Below, piece after piece: positions 60,301 to 64,000 of a stretch of 64,000 nucleotides of DNA (position 1 is its first letter; every line of letters starts with the position of its first letter). The translations under genes and the position numbers were made by a program. The stretch covers positions 10,602,001 to 10,666,000 of the forward strand of contig OZ004612.1 of NCBI GenBank assembly GCA_963924565.1, in the 5' to 3' direction. The notes beneath the pieces were generated by a model that saw only the letters and a program-made list of their open reading frames with translations, was not told the origin of the DNA and did not search any database. This stretch comes from Ascidiella aspersa (lineage: Eukaryota).

Positions 60301-63300
60301 CTGGAGGTCGTGAGTTCGAACCTCACCGCCTGCTAGTTGCCCTAGGACTTAGCCTTGCACGAAATCATAATTGTTCAAATGATTTATTTTAGCCTTCTCT
60401 AAAGGCTCTCCCGGTGTAGAAGTTAGGATTTGCGAAATATCTATGTGTGTATGATTTATTGTTGAAAGTAAATTAAAATTTATTTATTTTAACTGGTTGG
60501 TAAGAAATTAGGTTTTCAGGTTTTTGCAAGATGAAAATATATTAGGTTTCTGTTTATTGACTTTTCCTAATTAAAATGAAAAAATGACATGCTGAGAAAT
60601 AGGAACTATAGCAGTTATTTTTCTGTAAAACTTTAAAATGAATTTTCATATCCATGAAGTATTAACATTCATATTTTTTTAGATGTTTGAATTTTTATTT
60701 TATGTTAGATATCATATTTATATCCACAATAGTGCGGAAGATGACCAAATGTATTTTTTTAATAAAAGAAACATTTTGTTTACATGGGTTATGAATAACC
60801 TGGAACCGTTAAAAGAATTTTAGTCAAAACATCATGCATTTTGGACTTAAATTTATTTCTCTCTAAAGATTTGTACTCCAGTCACAGACTCTCAATCAGC
60901 CGATTAATAAGAGGCATTTAGGCCTAGGCGTAACCGTCTGGGTGATTATCCTGACCTATAATACATGGTATAATTCTGTTTGAACGAAAGGGGACTAAAT
61001 GATAAAAAAATGGGTCGTAATCATTCATACTCATTTATAAGGCATGACAACCAGTCCCTGGGGTTTCTAACAGCAGGGAAACTTGGCTTCTAAAAAGACC
61101 CTCGAAAAATAAGACAAGTAACATTTTAATTAAAATTGTAGATTAAGTTGGCTTCATTATGAAATTTTCTCTTCTAATTTAAACGAATTAGAAACAAACA
61201 TTTTAGTTTACCAGAAGAGCTTTTAATACCGTGTAACATAACTGTTTGTATGGCAACTCATATAAACGCAAGTTAGGGTTAAGCCCTTGGGTTAAGGATA
61301 GAAATTAGGGTTATTAACCGCTATTATACAAACCCCTTGAACCACCCAATAGGAAAACCTTAACATGTGTCAATTTGTTTCGTGTAATTTGAAAAAGTAA
61401 TGATTTTTATCTAGGCAATCTCGACTAACGACCGCAGTTCATTAGCAGCGTTGGTAAGGACAATGTTGCGAAAGGTCGCCGCGATACAATTATCTTTCGA
61501 TCGCCCTTGGGTCTGTGTCACTAATGACGACCCTAATGGATGATGCGTCTGCGAACGGCAAGGCCAATTACCGTTTAACCAGCCGTGCTATAGTGACGTT
61601 TAAAAGAAACAACGCTGGTCGACAGACTTGACGACTGCCACATGTGGCGTTTATCAATTGGCGCTTGCAATTATAGCATGAAACATCTTATTGTGCGGTA
61701 TAGTTCTAAGTGTAACGCATAACACCTAATCTGTGAAACAAGGTATGGAGGAACAATTGTGCATATACCGTTGTACATGTGTGACATAAAAATGTGGGTA
61801 AATTTAAAACAATTTACACTCAAATAATGTCCGTTAAAATAAAAATATTATGTAAAGAGACCTGGTATCAGCAAGGGCGTGTTTTCTAGTTTATTCTTAA
61901 TTAATACAGGGCGATTCTTTTTAGAACCTTAAAGTTAAATTTTTAACAAATTTTGGCCTAAAAATATACTTTTTTGACAAAATTTTGACGTGTCATGAAT
62001 GCTTTAATTTATTCAACGCATTGTCTTATGAAGTACTGCATTAGGTTTTGATCATTAAATGACGATCGGCAAAACACAGTTCAGTTATTATTTCGGATTT
62101 ATGCGAAACTATGGAAAATTCTTAGTTGATTTTATACCAACAAGAACCTAAGCATAAAGACCTAGCATATTGTCGGAATAGGAAATACGGTAATTAATAA
62201 TCACCAGCGAAGAATGACACACCATTCTCAATACATTTGTCCAAATTAGAGATACACAACCAACTATCTAAAGCAAAAAGTTTTCTGTAAATTTTTATGT
62301 TAACATTGTGAAGCGCTTAGTCGACAACGTTAGTTAGTTCCTAAGATAAACCCAAGTTGGTTGCTAACAAAAACGGTATGTTTTACTAGAATTGATAAGA
62401 GGTTGTTAAACAGTTTTTCAGACCTTTTAATAATTCAAATGTGATAGTCAGGAGACTTTTATCCAACACGGCGATATTTATTTTAAAGTTAAAATTCAAC
62501 GTCAAATTAAAGCAAGAACACAAGATGCAACACAAGTTCGCTTTTAGGAAGCAAAGATCAACACGGCCTTTGAAACGTGCTTTTTGAATAGCGATCTATA
62601 AATTTGCTGATTTTTTGCAATAGTGTTGCAATTAGCCAAACTCACCAGCAATTTAACGTTTTCTTTGCAACAAAGTGTAGGTCTCCTTTACCAATGCTGT
62701 TTTTACAAGACAGATGACTAAAAATGTACATATCGTAATATTTTAACGTAAGGCGCAGATTTTTCAAACTGTCGGGAATTTATTCTCCAGTTTAAAGGCA
62801 GCTGTCTTTGAGCAAGGACGCACTTGTGTTGCGCTATTCAAGCAAATACTGCGTTGTTAGTGACGCCGGCGCAATCCTTTGGATTGAATGAAAATGATTT
62901 ATCACCTTTAAACTCATTGAAACTGATTGTTGTAGGGCAACCCGTATGTCATCTTTTCCAAAGAATGATGAATGGTACTCCGATGACACTAAAATCTGTC
63001 CAAATGTTCTCTTTTTTGTTGCCTTTTAAACAGAACGATGAGTTTTTCAGAGTTTTGTTTTGTTTTGTTTATTTTTATTCATAATATATCCAATCTTTCA
63101 TTTTTATTCACAATATTTCCAATAAAATAAAGAAGGGAAACACCAAGTATTCATGGTGTGACGCTGCCAAAGGAATTGACAAAAAACACAATTTTCGTGA
63201 ATGTAACACTTGTGTTAAATAGATATGTACCTATAGTGTATAAATATATATAAATATATAAAGATTTTGGGGGGCAGCCTTGAAAACTCTACTATCAAAA

Positions 63301-63505
63301 TATTATTTGGACGATACATGTGCAAATACGCAGTCTTTTGCTCTCGAAATTTGAACTATACTTTCGCATGTTGATCGCCAGGCGCCGAAAAGCGTGAAAG
63401 CGATCGTGGAGGCCATTTCCAACCCGATGGCGCCGCGCACCAAGAGCACCTTCAGCTACGGCATCGTACAACTCATGATGCACAGCCTGGACCCAGCAAC
63501 CGACG
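48385..63505 (+). CDS. K+-dependent Na+/Ca2+ exchanger (SLC24/NCKX, NCKX1/2-like), 3'-incomplete; exons 48385-48628, 49034-49122, 49921-50050, 51168-51337, 59544-59672, probable 61415-61453, 63382-63505
   Basis: [39 protein letters not shown]; alpha-1 repeat [19 protein letters not shown]; [21 protein letters not shown]; LTWWPLFRD; [16 protein letters not shown]; loop motif [12 protein letters not shown] resembling NCKX1/2 QLMIHTLDP. GT-AG phases agree. Confidence 0.93.
48770..48990 (+). repeat. About 215-bp intronic repeat, copy 1 (copy 2 at about 50860-51075)
   Basis: Shared blocks gacagtttggtaaaa, aatatgcaataaacaaaacagttaaatattatatacgacat and tgcaaccaagtcaataacatactttaacaataag. Confidence 0.85.
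50860..51075 (+). repeat. About 215-bp intronic repeat, copy 2
   Basis: Colinear with 48770-48990. Confidence 0.85.
52672..52825 (+). mobile_element. tRNA-derived SINE, copy 1
   Basis: A-box tagctgagttgg, B-box gttcgaacc, cloverleaf-like head (52672-52746) with a non-canonical anticodon loop, and a tgtgtgtat + AT-rich tail. Related copy at 60262. Confidence 0.75.
57173..57570. mobile_element. Non-autonomous hAT-like element with gactt subterminal repeats (SLC24 intron)
   Basis: TIR cagtgatgtaaa/tttacaacactg; TSD ccaccagg/ccaccagt. Confidence 0.8.
59727..60225 (+). repeat. About 120-bp direct repeats (59727-59847 and 60107-60225) bracketing a hAT MITE right-end fragment
   Basis: Both copies share atgatatgtgttatag, ggagggccagattgcagttcttt and gatatggtactgtacagtagatc. 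Between them lies gggtgccgcggcaccacggttgagaaccac. Confidence 0.8.
60262..60480 (+). mobile_element. tRNA-derived SINE, copy 2
   Basis: ttgctcagttagtagagcgacagtcccggcttggctggaggtcgtgagttcgaacctcac..gctagttg, homologous to 52676-52751, with a similar tgtgtgtat + AT-rich tail. Confidence 0.72.
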
Positions 63506-64000
63506 GTAATACGAACACTGATTAAACTGCGGTCAGAACTTTCTTTTACAATACAAGAGCTATTGCCATGTGATTTTATGTTATGGCCATTAACACAATC
63601 AAATAGTAATATTTCAAAAATAAATAAAAGTTTTGATTTCAAGGTCCAAATGTTTTACTCAACCTATGTTAAATTTCACTATAAAACTAACGTGGAATTT
63701 CTCCTTAAACCTCAGTTCATTTGAGTAATGAGTGGTGTACGATTCAGTGATTAATATGCCAGTGAACTGTTCTCACCCATTTTGTTGCTTTGGTTTGAGT
63801 AAATTTATCGTTATGTCATGAAATATTCATTTTCGCAATACTCCAGTATATTCAACAGTCTTCAATATTAAAAGACATGTGTAATTACAGGCTAAAAGCT
63901 TTACGCAGCAAATATTGGCATGCGTTGCGGCAATTACTTTCCTCAAGGTACGCCAGTGGTAGCCAAACTTTTTTGTCCCGGCCAAAATACTCTGTCAAGC

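Noticed and set aside
63295-63642. 115-aa minus-strand ORF
   Set aside because: Antisense to the SLC24 exon 63382-63505, which has proper splice sites and the QLM.H.LDP motif.

Overview
AT-rich, gene-dense animal genomic DNA with GT-AG introns. Compact spacing, a splice acceptor just before most ATGs and mosaic CpG depletion suggest an ascidian/tunicate (inference only). Ten host genes are reconstructable in order: SNRPD2 (-), a 10-exon C-type-lectin/GAIN adhesion GPCR (-), POLD4 (-), cathepsin O (+), a tightly packed same-strand trio FTSJ3 / intronless bacterial-type YtcJ-like amidohydrolase / SOD1 (+), a LIAT1-like gene (-), serine dehydratase (-), and the 5' part of an SLC24/NCKX exchanger (+) that runs off the window. 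The rest is mostly DNA-transposon sequence. This includes one intact Buster-type hAT element (perfect TIRs and TSD, 621-aa ORF) inserted in an older hAT and itself carrying a 62-bp micro-element, about a dozen non-autonomous hAT elements, a Harbinger-like MITE and two tRNA-derived SINEs. The most notable items are (1) a perfect 108-bp-arm intronic palindrome carrying a Penelope-type minimal hammerhead ribozyme core on each strand, (2) a candidate operon containing a possibly horizontally acquired amidohydrolase, and (3) a potentially active Buster transposase with nearby candidate client MITEs. All exon boundaries were read by hand and no database search was run.
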